From assembly GCA_028534125.1 (NCBI GenBank), contig CM052818.1:31622001-31686000 (forward strand): DNA of 64,000 nt, written 5' to 3'. Positions 13,559 through 25,352 of this stretch are shown in pieces. The translations under genes were made by a program, and so were the position numbers. The first letter of the stretch is position 1. Every line of letters starts with the position of its first letter. The notes below the pieces were generated by a model, which was not told where the DNA came from, made no database searches, and worked only from the letters and a program-made list of their open reading frames with translations. The DNA is from Lama glama. Lineage: Eukaryota.

Positions 13559-14931
13559 CAAGCCAGTACAGAAAAGGCAAAGCTGAGGGAATGCAGGGCA
13601 GACAGAGAGAGAAATAGGAGAGAAAAGACCATGTCAGGTGAAGGGGGAGTGTATTTTTTAATTTTTTATTGAATATCTTCTGCACAAGCAAAACGATGTC
13701 CTATTGTTTTCTGTTTGGTTTTTTTTTGGTCCCAGAAGACCATAATTTGATGTTGAAAACTACATCAGTACTGTAAAAATGAGTCTGTAAATGTTTGTAA
13801 GTAAACAGCTCGGGGGAGCTGTAAAAATATTCTTGGTTGGTGAACATTTTTTGTAATCTTAGTCTAAATAAGACATTCCAAGAACATAAAATTTGTGACA
13901 TTCTCTTAGTTTTAAATATCAAGTTACAAAATAGATGTACTTTATTTTTAAGCTGCTTATATTTACACAGCACCATTTTCATTTTGTTGTTTACAAGTGC
14001 CTTGTTATTTGATTCTTACATCAGCTCTGTGAGCTAAGGGGTCAGGGTACTAATGGCCCAAATTCCTGCTGTACTAGAGATGCTTATCCTAGAAAGTGTA
14101 GCCCAGGCCTGGCTTTAGGTCATCTGTTTGGGACCTCTCTGTTCCTCCATGTCCTCACGTGTGAAATGGGAGAAGCTCAGCCTCTCATATGCTGTTGTTG
14201 GGTGCTGTGTTAACTGAGAGTGTGTGTTGGAGCACTGGTGTAATGGCTGGTACAGGGCAGACATTCAGTTGGTAGCTCTTCATTAAGCCCCTTAAATTCT
14301 CCCCTAAATCCTTTGCAGGGGGTATGGTCATCTCTGTGCAAGGAGAGGAAGGGACCTGGGAACAGAACACCAGGAGCTGCACCGAGCTGCCCCACCCAAA
14401 GCCTGAGTTCTCTCCACTACCCTACACCCTCAGTAACCCCGGCAGGTACTTAACGTCCCCATTTTAAACATGGGAACTGAGCTTCAGAGAGCATGAGTGA
14501 TAAGCTCAGGGGCCCACAGATGATAAAAGGAGAGGGATCATTTTCCGACTCTTAAGTCAGAGACTAAGTAATGCATGTGAAGTGCTTAGCACAGCTCTAA
14601 AATGATAAGGACGAGGCAGGAAGGTGGAAGAGGAGGCAACCCACTTTTGGCCACAGCTGCCCCCCTCCCTCTGGGTTTACCACCTTCAAGACACAGGGTA
14701 TTGCTGAGGGGCCACTGTGACATTTCCCCTCCCTCAACTCCGGGTCACGCTCTATCATCTAGTCTCACAGCCACAGCACAGGAATTCCTGACCCCTTAAC
14801 CCCCAGCAGGATGTTCTGCCACCATCCAGGCACTTTCATTTCAGGGTAACACTGATACAAAGATCTGCTAAAAATAAGATCACACTCATTTCAGTCAGAG
14901 TTAGCTCTGCAGTGGTCTGCGCTCTGCTAAT

Positions 14932-14950
14932 GGGCGCCCCCTTCTGGCCC
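14932..14950 (-). promoter_or_regulatory. CTCF core motif
   Basis: Minus strand GGGCCAGAAGGGGGCGCCC. Confidence 0.65.
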
Positions 14951-15162
14951 CTCATCAAACAAGGTAGAGGGAAAGCACCTTCCTATTTTCCAGCTAACAA
15001 AGTACCTAAAGCAGCCAGCATTTCTTTCCTTACACCTGGCTTCAGTATAATCCCATCTGCTGGCACTGCTAACAGGAGGTGGCTTGGCGACCCAGAGAGG
15101 GGAGAGCTGGGAGAGGCGTTTTTCAGTTTATCAAGAGATGAACAAGGGCATCTCACTTTTTT

Positions 15163-15460
15163 TTAATAGACTTTACGTTTTAGAGAAGTTTTAGGTTTCC
15201 AGCAAAATTAAGAGAAAAATAGAGTTCCCATATACCCTATGGCCCCCTACATACAGAAAACCTCCCACATCAATGTACCCCACTAGTGTGGTACATTGTC
15301 ACAATCGATGACCCTACGTTGACACCACATAATCATCCATAGTTTACATTAGTGTTTGCTCTTGGTATTACACCCTGTGGGTTTCAGAAACCGTGCAGTG
15401 ACATGTAACCATCATTATGGTATCACAGACTATTTTCACTGCCCTAAAAATCCTCTGTGC
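15163..15460 (-). mobile_element. L1MC-like 3' end fragment
   Basis: ttttagagaagttttaggttt...gtggtacattgtcacaatcgatg. Similar to the copy at 47570. Confidence 0.75.
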
Positions 15461-16089
15461 TCACACTTGTTGGCTATTTTTTGTTGTGGTTTCCTTTTGT
15501 TTGGGTTCACCTTTCCTCTCTCCTTCACCCTCTTCAGCACCTACCACAACCCAAAATCCTGCTGGGGGTAACTGATATTAACAATCTGGTATGTTTCTTT
15601 CCATATTTTTCTCCATACATGTAGACTCATATATAGGTATATACATATGTACATGAGTATTCAGGTACATAAACGGGGAAGTTGTTTGTCATTGTTTTAT
15701 ACTATAGGATCACATTTTAGATGCTTTAACATTAGCTAATATATTTTGCCTCTCTCACTTAGCAATAATACATGGTAGAACTCCGTGCAAGCCCACTGGT
15801 GTAACTCTAATTTGAAATTGTAAGTGAATGCACACATTTCATGGTATAGGTGTACTATAATTTACTCAGCCATTCCCTGGCAGAAGGGCAGTATGTGATT
15901 TACTGATTACTTGTTCTTGAGGAAGAGAGTTGCTGAGAATTCTCTGATCTTATTGCCAAATTGTGTTCTCCTCATTTATCACTCTCTTCCCCAACACCTC
16001 CGAGGTGTCCACACAAGCCTGAAGGTACTTGGAGTTCTGACTTCTCCCATCGAATCGGAATCCACACAGTTCTCAATATTTCATCTTAC

Positions 16090-16142
16090 TGGGATCCAAG
16101 ACTTTTAATGGGATCCAAGACTTTTAATGGAATCCAGACTTT
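16090..16142. repeat. 19-bp tandem duplication, 2 exact copies plus a degenerate third
   Basis: TGGGATCCAAGACTTTTAA x2, then TGGAATCCAGACTTT. Confidence 0.9.
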
Positions 16143-16899
16143 CTGGGCTGTTTCCAAAGGAGATGACTTTTTACTTAATGGCATCAAACCTACTAATCCT
16201 GTCTACAATCTAATCAACACATCAGACAAGAGAAGAAAATTCTGTTGTGTGAGTGAAAGGGACCAAATACAATGAGATTTGCCTCCTTTGGATCAGGAGC
16301 CCTGAAATGAGGGAGAAGCAATTTCCAGGGGCCCTCGTGGGCTGAGAGGCAGGGGAAGGAAGAGATCCTTGCGGGCATGGGGGTGGGGGGTCACAGAGCC
16401 TGACCCAGGAGCTGGCCCTTTGAGCTAAAGCAACTCTGCCTGGGCGGTCCCTCCCAGAGCCTCCAGTCTTCAGCTGCATCAAGAAAGCAACAACTAAGTT
16501 GACTGATGAAAACTTTTTTTTGATTGTACAACATAGCCATATACGTAAAAGTATATGAAACATAAATGCTATGAAGAGTTTAATGAATAAATGACCATCC
16601 GTGGAACCACCTCCAAGTCAAGAAACAATATTATCTGTACTTCAGAATATTACCCCTCCTGCCCTTTCCTAGTTACAACCCCTTCCCTCCTCCCTAAAGG
16701 CAGCAGAGTTCTGACTCTCGTGAGAATCACCTTCTTGCCTTTGCTTAAAAAAAAGTAACATTTGCTCAATAATTTTTTTTTAATTTTGGCCTTTTCTTAT
16801 TGAGTTATAATACACATATAGTAAAATGCACAAGTCTTAGTTTGCTTATGAAATATACCTGTGTAATCACTATGCAACTTAATATAAACATATCATCCA

Positions 16900-17170
16900 A
16901 TTAGTTGAAGGCAAAGACTGAGGTTTCTGGAAGAAATTGTCCCCAAGACTGCAACATAGAAACCCTGCCTGAGTTTCCAGCCTGCTGCCCTGCTGAATTC
17001 AGACTCAAGACTTCAGCAACAACTCTTACCCCAACTGATAGCCTGCTGTCCTGCCTTATGGATTTTGGACTTGCCAACCCCCAATTATATGAGCCAAAAA
17101 ATATCTCAATCTCTCTCTCTCTCTCTCTCTCTCTGGATAGACAGATACCTCTATATCTAGATAGATAGAA
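16900..17170. mobile_element. MLT2 (ERVL) LTR fragment with (CT)n at 17111-17134
   Basis: cctgagtttccagcctgctgccctgc...gattttggacttgcc followed by a CT microsatellite, typical of MLT2. Confidence 0.75.
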
Positions 17171-18629
17171 AGATATCCTAGTTATAACATTCACTTTATC
17201 TTTGAAGCCTTAGTTTGCTCATCTCTAAAATAAGAGGTAATGAAATCAATCTTGTAAAGTTGTTATGAGGATCAGATACAACAATGCATATAAAATTCCT
17301 AACAGATATTTAATGGGTATTTAAAAAGTGGCTATTTACAAAAACACACTCACCCCTAACTTATTTAAGTAGGTCAAGGAAGTGATATGTGCTCAGGTTA
17401 GAGAAAAATTTAGTAGAACCACAGAGTACAAAATAAATAATAGTCTCTCGCTTTCTGCTTCTCAGCCCAAAGAAAACTATTGTTAATGGTTGCTTGTATT
17501 TCTTCTAGATGTTTTCTATGTAAAAAAATACACAAAAGGAATCAAGCTATACCAACAGTTCTCAGACTTAATTTTAGTTAAAAATATGTATTCCTTACAA
17601 AACTGTCTCCACATGGTCCAGATTCTGAGCAGCATCCAGATCAAAGAAATATTGCCAACAATCAAAGGTTAATTAAAAAGGAACTTAAATTCATAATTGC
17701 ATTTCTTGGAATCACATGAAAGATTTGTCTTCGAAAATCCTGCTCCCCACCCCGCCCCGCCCCAGTGTGTTGGCTCACACCCCTGAACTATCCTGCATTT
17801 CATTCTTTAAAATTCCCTGAAAAACTTCTCCCTCATCACAAGTCCTGGCTCCTCTTCCTTTTCTCTTGGTCCTTCTCTCCTGTCACATAGGAAAAGCTCA
17901 TAGAAACTTCCCTGGTGAGACAAGACCCATCAGAGCTTCAGAAAGAGGAAGAACTGAGAGTCTTCTTTACAGGTGGAAGGGGAAAGGTGGCGACAGGACA
18001 ACAACAGCCAACAGGATCGTGATGCGCCAGGTGCCAGGCACTGTGTGTTACACACATCATCAACGTTAATTCTCATGGAAACCCTCCGAGGAGGTGCCGC
18101 GCTCATTCACATTTACAGCTGAGGAAGCTAAGCTCATGGGAGCTAAGGGGCTGTGTGAAAACACTCATGATTTAAATAGCTAGCATTCTCCAGAGGCCAG
18201 GGTCAAACCTGTGACATCAGGGCTTCCTGCTCACATGCTAATAGATTTTTGTCCAACCCCCCTTCCCCTCTTTGATTTTTCTATGGACCTTCCCAAGGGG
18301 ACGTCCAATGTCTAAAGATGCCTCCTATTAACGCTCCCTATTTACAGGCTAAAACCTCCCTTTCTTACATCATAATCTCCTCAGGACCATGTTTAATTCC
18401 TCTCTGGGAATTCTCTGAGTGCTTCTGGCTGGAGCTGAATGATTCCATCTCACTTCCTTTTGCACACACTAGGCTGGGGGTGGACTGGCATCACGACAGC
18501 AAAAGTCTTAGCAATATCTTTCAATTGCTACTTCCTTCGAGCTCCAACACCTTACTTATGGTCAGGAAGAGGAATGTGGGGAGCAAGCAGCCTTTCAATG
18601 CCCCTATTTGTCAAAATCCACGTAACTGG

Positions 18630-19190
18630 GAGGCCTGTGTTGGTTTTAAAATAGGGCCATGGATTCTTTGACACTCCTCTGTCCAAAAGATGGAATCCAA
18701 TCCTCCCTTGAAATACAAGTTAGACTTAGGGACGCAATTCTAACAACAAAAACACATCTAACAACAACAACAAAATGTGGCAGAAGTGATACTATGTGAC
18801 TTCCAAAGTTGGGGCATACCGAGGATACAGTCTGCCTGGCTGTCTTGGGACCCTTGATCTTGGAACCCAGACACCGCATTCTGAGGAAGCCCAAGGCACA
18901 TGAAGAGGCTACCTGTCGGTTTTCTGGTCAACAGCCCAGCTAGGCCTTCAGCCTGTAGTTAGCCTCAACACTCAGCTGTGTGAGAGGACAAGCCTTCCTA
19001 CCACTCCAGTCCCAGGCTTCACTCCTTCCAGCAACTGTTCCCCAGGGACAGTGCAGCAGAGGCAAGCCCTCCTCACAATGCTTGATCTGAATGTCTGAGC
19101 TGTGGAACCCATAAGAGACAATAAATCGTTATCATCTTAAGTTTCTAAGCATTGAGCTAAGTTATTATGCAGCAATAGGCAACTGATACA
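18630..19190 (+). mobile_element. MLT1 (MaLR) LTR
   Basis: tgtggcagaagtgat...tgtgacttcc, ending gttattatgcagcaataggcaactgataca. Confidence 0.75.
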
Positions 19191-21036
19191 AAGTCATTTC
19201 CAATCTCCTTGTGAAATATCAGAAGGTGAATGACAGGAGTACAGTGTTCTTGCTTCTTACTCTGCTATGTGGAAAGCAAATTAGAGCCTTATATCAGTAC
19301 TTGAGAGTCCTGGGCAGGGCAACCTGCTTGCCCACACCCCTGAGACCTGGACTGTCAGGGATGTGTCCTCAGAGGGTGGGGCCACACCAGCCTCGGCTCT
19401 GACCAAGGCCGTCCTGGACGTCTCAGACCTGAGCGTCGTTTCTCAGTCCTGCTTCTTGCTGGCTGCTAAGTGGCTCCTCTTCCTTCCTCAGGTCATGGGC
19501 AATCACATTCATTCAACGGCACCTCAAAGTAACAACGAGGGCCCATACTCTGTGGTTTACTAATTTTTGACTGCAAATCATTGCCCCAGAGACTCAGGGA
19601 AGGCATGCATGAACCCCTAGGCCTTGCTAGCATTTTGGGTCCCCAGGCAGAAAGCACACTGCAATGTCAATATTTCCCAAGTCCTGGCTGTGAGGATAAG
19701 AATTTGACATATCCATCCCAGTTGCTATCTACCCTGCCACATGCTCATTTCAGAGCAGTGAGGGCAGCCCACCTGCCCGGAAATGCCCTCCTGCCAACTC
19801 CCCTCTGGGTGGGGCACTGGAAACGCTCACAGGGCAGCAGCATCTCCCTGCTCCAGTGCCTGTTCATCCTTGTACTGTTTCTGCAGCATGTTCTAAACCC
19901 TTCCCAAACCTCTTCTCTGCTCCCCAGCACAGGGCTCCCTCTGCACCTTCCCAGTGGAAAGTAATCCAACCCAGCATTTCCCAGATGTTCAGTCCCTGAG
20001 GCAGCAGCCGGCCGGGGGGTGAGCAGTTTGCTGGCCCTGAACCAGCCTGACCAGCTGATTCTGATTCCGCAAGGGAGTCTCAGAGATTCAGTGACTCATA
20101 TAATCATTCCCCACTTGGAACATCCAGTCCTGAACCGTGCCGTCTCCCTGAAATTGTAATTCCAGTCTCAGCCTCATCTATACAGCGTCCCTTTGGCTTT
20201 CCAATGGTGTTCCAGGAAACTTGTTCATGCCCGGTTCTCAATCTCTCCCCTTTCAGGAGGCCAGAGTGCAAATGCAATTTCGGCTCACGTCCAGGGTATG
20301 ATTTTAATTCAGGATGCAGCTGGACTCCTTAATTCCAAAATTCTTAACAGTAACCCCCACCCCCAAGTTGTACACTCACAAAGCCACCCACATAGTGCAG
20401 TTTTAGCGCCCTGTAACCATTAATGAAATACAGTGTATTGTTCTACTTCATTTAACTTAATGGCTGCATCATGTACCATGGGTGTACCATAATTTGTTTA
20501 ACTAATCCCCTATTGAAGAACATTGAGGTAATTATTACTGTTGTTAGACGAGCAGCTGAACCTTAGAAACACACTCTTAAATGCTTCCCCTCTGAGGAAA
20601 ACTGAAGAAGCGGACTGTTTCTTATCAAGCTCACCATGCCGTTGGAGATTATTATACCCCAGCCTGAGGTTCACCGGCAGCGTCAGAGGTTGATACTGTT
20701 AGGAGTGGGTCACTCAGGGGTGTTGGGGCAGGAAAAATGTTGACAACCAGCACAGCCCTGAAGACAATTTTCAAATCAAGGAGTGAAGAATAAACCTCTA
20801 AAATATCCAGTGATGAAAAAGTAACCAAACTTCCTTGTGTTTTCCTCTGATTATAATCCTCAGAACCTACCTTTACCCAGACGTGGAATGCATCTTCTTG
20901 GATAGGCCTGTGGCTGACGTCACCTCCTCTTAGATGTTCAGAAGGGATGGCTTGCTGGAAAGGAGAGAAGCCGAGACTCAGGGTGTCTGCACAGCCACAG
21001 CCCTCCTCAGGTGACAGTAGGCTCCCCGCCCCCCCC

Positions 21037-21432
21037 TTTTTTTTGGTTTTCCATTTTTATTGGGGGCCACCAGGGAGGGAGGACTCTTCCTGTCCAAGGA
21101 GGTGCTCACAGTTTCTTCAGCCACTCCAAGCTTGGGCCTTGGGGGCTCTGGGGGTGGCTGGGCACATCAGGCGTGTTCCTGTTGTCTTGGAGGGACACTG
21201 GGTAGTTTTGGGTATGGCCTGGTTGATCATGACCACATACTTGGTGACGGGCTGAGTGTGGGCAGAATTATAGCGAGGCCGCCGATGGTGAAGGATGCCA
21301 CCAGCACCGGTTCCTTGGCCCAGGCATTCTTGAGGAAGGCAGTGATTCTCGCGGCCACCTTAGTCTTGGCGGCGGCGGTGACGGCAGCGGCAAGGGCGCA
21401 TAGCCCTCTGGGAGTTGTGGTCCCTGCACGCG
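21037..21432 (-). pseudogene. NDUFA3: Processed pseudogene of NDUFA3 (complex I B9 subunit)
   Basis: Intronless. The CDS equivalent 21358-21106 reads (V)[84 protein letters not shown] is replaced by GTG and there are two 1-nt deletions (253 vs 255 nt). AATAAA is at 21056-21061 and an A8 tail remnant at 21037-21044. Confidence 0.95.
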
Positions 21433-21826
21433 AGTCTCTGCTGTCTCTTTCTTCCTTTCTTCCTTCCTTCCTTCCTCCCTTATTTCTTTCTATGCAAGAT
21501 TTATTTAAAGAATTATTACAACATATAAAAACTACATAAAGTTTAATTTCCACTCATCCAGTTGTAAATTTGATATGTGCCCCGTTTTGTGTCTTGTGGC
21601 CATGTTTAGTAGCCAAAGGTAGACACGTTTAGGCAGACAAGGGGGAAGACCTGTGAGAACTATCCATCCAGGAGAAAGGCTGCACTGGACAGTGACACAG
21701 AGACCTAAGCTGAGCCCAGGCTTGATGGGGAGACCACAGATAGATGGTGGACGTCTGTCAGCAAGGACCGATGTGCCAGACACTCTTCTAAACACTTCAC
21801 CTGTGCTGACTCTTTTAATGGCATAC

Positions 21827-22380
21827 TATTACAGAAAAACGTGGGGTACCAGAGGGTGGTTGTGTCCCAGGTCTCGGTTGAGTCCCTGAGACATGCCCCA
21901 CCAAGTGAAGATCCTTGGCTTCGTGCAGGAAAGAATTTAAGAGTGAGCCATAGTAGAACAGAAGTAGATTTATTTAGAGAGATGTACACTCCATAGACAG
22001 AGTGCAGGCCATCTAGGAAGGCAAGAGAGAGGGAGCCACGGTGAGGTGGTGAGGCACGGGGTTGCTAGTTTTTATATGCTAACAAGTGAGAAGATTATTC
22101 CAACTGCTTTGGGGAAGGGGCAAGGATTCCCAGGAATTGGACCCAGCCTCTCTTTGTCATTTCATGGTTAGCTTAGAACTGTCATGGCACTTGTGGGTGT
22201 GTCAGTCACCACGATAGTACATTTCAACGTGTATAATGAAGCTCAAGGTCCACTGGAGTTCAACTCTTCTGCCATCTTGGGCCTCAGGGTCTATTGGGAG
22301 TTGACCTTTCTGCTGTCTTAGTGCTAATTACTGTGTCATCCCTTTAATAGCTGTGTCCTGCCCCCGTCCTTCCTGTCTCC
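21827..22380 (-). mobile_element. ERV1-type solo LTR (554 bp) inserted into a MIR
   Basis: 4-bp TSD ATAC at 21823-21826 and 22381-22384, near-canonical termini and minus-strand AATAAA near 21970. MIR sequence resumes on both sides. Confidence 0.85.
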
Positions 22381-23249
22381 ATACCAACCCTACGCGATAG
22401 GCATCCTGATCCCCATTCTACAGATGAAGAGAGTGAAGCCCAGAAATTTTGCCCAACCAGCTCACCATGAGTCCCCAGCAGCACTGAGATCTGAACCTGG
22501 TGGTCTGACTCACACTCCTACCATGACACTCCCTGTCTTTCAACATAACTGAAGCAGAAGTGGCCACAGTGGGGGCAGTCAAGAGTAGATAATAAAACAG
22601 AGAAAGAGTTTTGTCAGGGGGACTAGAGTCGGGAACTAAGGGCACCCACTTCTGAGGGGAAAACAAGGTAACCAGGTCACCAGGACCGTCACTGGGCGCG
22701 AAGGACAGGAAACCCTTGCTCCTGTGCTCCAGGGGTGGGTGGGGCCCAGCTTTGACTGTTCCTCAAGCTCCCCCTCAGATAACTTTAGGCCTCAAGAAAT
22801 GGCAGCAAGTCTTTGTTCCCAAGGGCTTGAAAGAGCCTAACTAACTTGCTTTATTATATTAATTGTGAGCTAAAGGGTCAAAGAGAATAATAATAAAAAA
22901 AAGATTAGGGTCAATAAGCCAGGAGTTCCAGGACCCAGCCAGCAGATCAAGAGACAAAGGAATTGCATGTTTTGGGACCTTAAAAGCAGACAAAGCTCCT
23001 TCTGTAACTACAGGAGTCTGTGAGCCAACACTGCTGCCAATTTAATTTCCATCTTTCCACAGGCTCAGGAGTTTTTCTTGTCTTCTATTTATTTCACTGT
23101 CACATCAACCCTATGAAGCATACCAGATAGGTAGTACTAACTCCGTTGTACAGATGAAGAAGCCAAGGCCCAGGGGAGGTGGGAACTGCCCAGGGCCACA
23201 CAGTTAGAGAGCTGCAGAGTAAGAACTAGAACCTGTGGTCTCCCAATGG

Positions 23250-23460
23250 CACATGGAACCAGGTCACACTGGCTCTTGAGAGGTGAGTATGCGCACCTCT
23301 TCCCAGCTCCGTGTTCAGCAGCATCATTTTGGTAGCCTGAAATCAGTCATGGTGGGAGTACCTACACTATGGAAATCAGGAAATACTACAAATCAGGGCT
23401 CCCTGACTCCCCTTGCCATGCAGAGCTGGTAGTTAAACATTTACTTTACCAGCACACCCC
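23250..23460. mobile_element. MER63-like hAT-Blackjack element
   Basis: catggtgggagta...ggaaatc...ctacaaatcagggct...gttaaacatttac...cagcacac. Confidence 0.7.
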
Positions 23461-23548
23461 TCAGATATCCCAATAATTTTTAAAGTTGTTGCTGAAGAAA
23501 TTGTTACTGCCCTTGAAACTGTAGCTGATGCCTAAAAACTGAGGTAGG

Positions 23549-24030
23549 TGTTGCGCCAACTGACATCCTTCTGAGTCCCAGCGACCCCCATTTCTGGGAT
23601 CTCAGATGTCTGCCTGTGATCCCTCAACAGATCAAGTACATTCTTTACTGGGTATGTTTCCCCTAGCAAACCAACAGCCCTAGGTAATGCCTAATCTCAC
23701 AATAGCCCAGTCTGGCCTGTTTCAGCCCCACCTTATCAGAGTCAAACCCCACTGCCCTTCAGGGACCCTAAGCCTCCTACCTCACCTACAGCCAAGCAGA
23801 GACTTGCACAGAAGCCGATCAGGCGCCTTGTGACCCTACCTTATAAAAGATCCCAACAACCGGCCCTCAGGGCTCATGCAGGCACCCCTCACCCATGTGG
23901 CCCACTGTTGTCTATGGCAGTGTACCCCTAATAAATGCCTTTCTATTCCCATACTTATCTCTGGTAAATTCTTTTACCAACCTGCATGTCACCATGTCAC
24001 TGACTGGCCACCCTGCTGTGTCCCACAACA
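23549..24030 (+). mobile_element. ERVL-type solo LTR (MER73/74-like), 482 bp
   Basis: TGTTG...CAACA termini and a 5-bp TSD GTAGG (23544-23548 and 24031-24035). TATAAAA at 23842 and AATAAA at 23930-23935. Confidence 0.88.
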
Positions 24031-25174
24031 GTAGGAAAATGCTATATTTCCAAACCCTTCAAGTTCCCCCTTTGTGGCAGCAGAAGTTAAAAGAAAGAAT
24101 ACTTTCTGCCTGCTGAATGATAGGCTCTGTGCTACGTGCTTAATGCATTATCTAATTCATTCCTCACCACAACTCTTTTCTGTCGATGAGGATATCTGAG
24201 AAGTTAGGTAAATTGCTCAAGGTCACACAGCTAGAAAGTGGTGAAAGTGAGATTGAAATCTAGGTTTGTCTGAACGTTTTAATCACAGTGCCACCATCTA
24301 GTTACTCTTATTATTTCATAAGTAGAATAGATTTCGTCTCAGTTCTTCAGCACCCCTCCTTGTCCCATCTTGTAAACAAATAATGGAATTATAACTAAAA
24401 TCAATCAAGGCAACTAATGTCTAACACACAATGAATATTTTAAGGGCCATCTCAAATCTCAATAAAACTCTATAACCTATTAGACCATTCTAGCATTTTA
24501 TAACCATGGTCTATAGAGAATGTCAGAATTAATATTCTGCTCTCTGATTATTTCAACCATCAGAGATATCTTACATGATAATTGGCTCTTAGCAGCCATA
24601 ATCCAATGTAATATATTTATGAATACCTTGTGTTTATATTTCATGGATATCGTTTTAATTATTGAATCACTACGTCTTGGAAAGGAGTGTAATTTTGTTA
24701 TAGAGCAAATGTTCTTCATGTCGACGTCTATAAAGCCACTTTAAAAGTGTATGAGGATAAAAAGATTACCTAGGTTTCAAAAACAAAATTTGTCACATTT
24801 TGCTGGAAAATGTTTTGTCAGAAAATAAATACCACGCGTGCAGAACTATTTAGAGTTCTAAAGTAATTATCTTGATGATTAAGGGGATACACTCAGCTGC
24901 TAATGCACTGTAACCTACAGTGTGCGGAATTAATATCCTAATGCAGAGAGACAGGCTGACTTGAATTAGACAACCAATCCAGAAGGGCAGCACCACTGAG
25001 TCAGCAGAGCATGGATGTGGGGTTGGTAGCAGGGACATGGCTTCAAATCCAGCTCCGTCATTTTCCATCTGTATGACCTTGAGTGTGTTACTGAGCACAC
25101 TCTGAACATTAACTTTTCATTTTTAAAAATGGGATCAACAATACCTACCAAACAACAGAGTTATGGTAAGGGGA

Positions 25175-25352
25175 GAACTGGCTATGTAATTTGCAGGGTG
25201 CAGTGCAAATAGAAAATCCCTTGCTCAAAAGTTATTAAGACTCTCAAGATGACAGCAACAGGAGAACAGTAAACCAAGTGTGGGGCCCTCCTGAGACCGG
25301 GGCCCTCCTGAGACTGGGGCCCTGCGAACCACATGGGCCCATGAAGCCGGCA
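25175..25352. mobile_element. MER45A-like hAT-Tip100 element
   Basis: taatttgcagggtgcagtgcaaa...aaaccaagtgtggggccct...cccatgaagccgg, with an internal 16-bp tandem duplication ggggccctcctgagac. Confidence 0.7.

Noticed and set aside
21020..21460. Target-site duplication for the NDUFA3 retrocopy
   Set aside because: No convincing direct repeat. Both flanks are low-complexity purine tracts.
21060..21539. 159-aa plus-strand ORF
   Set aside because: Antisense shadow of the NDUFA3 retrocopy that starts at TTG and runs into a (CTTC)n tract.
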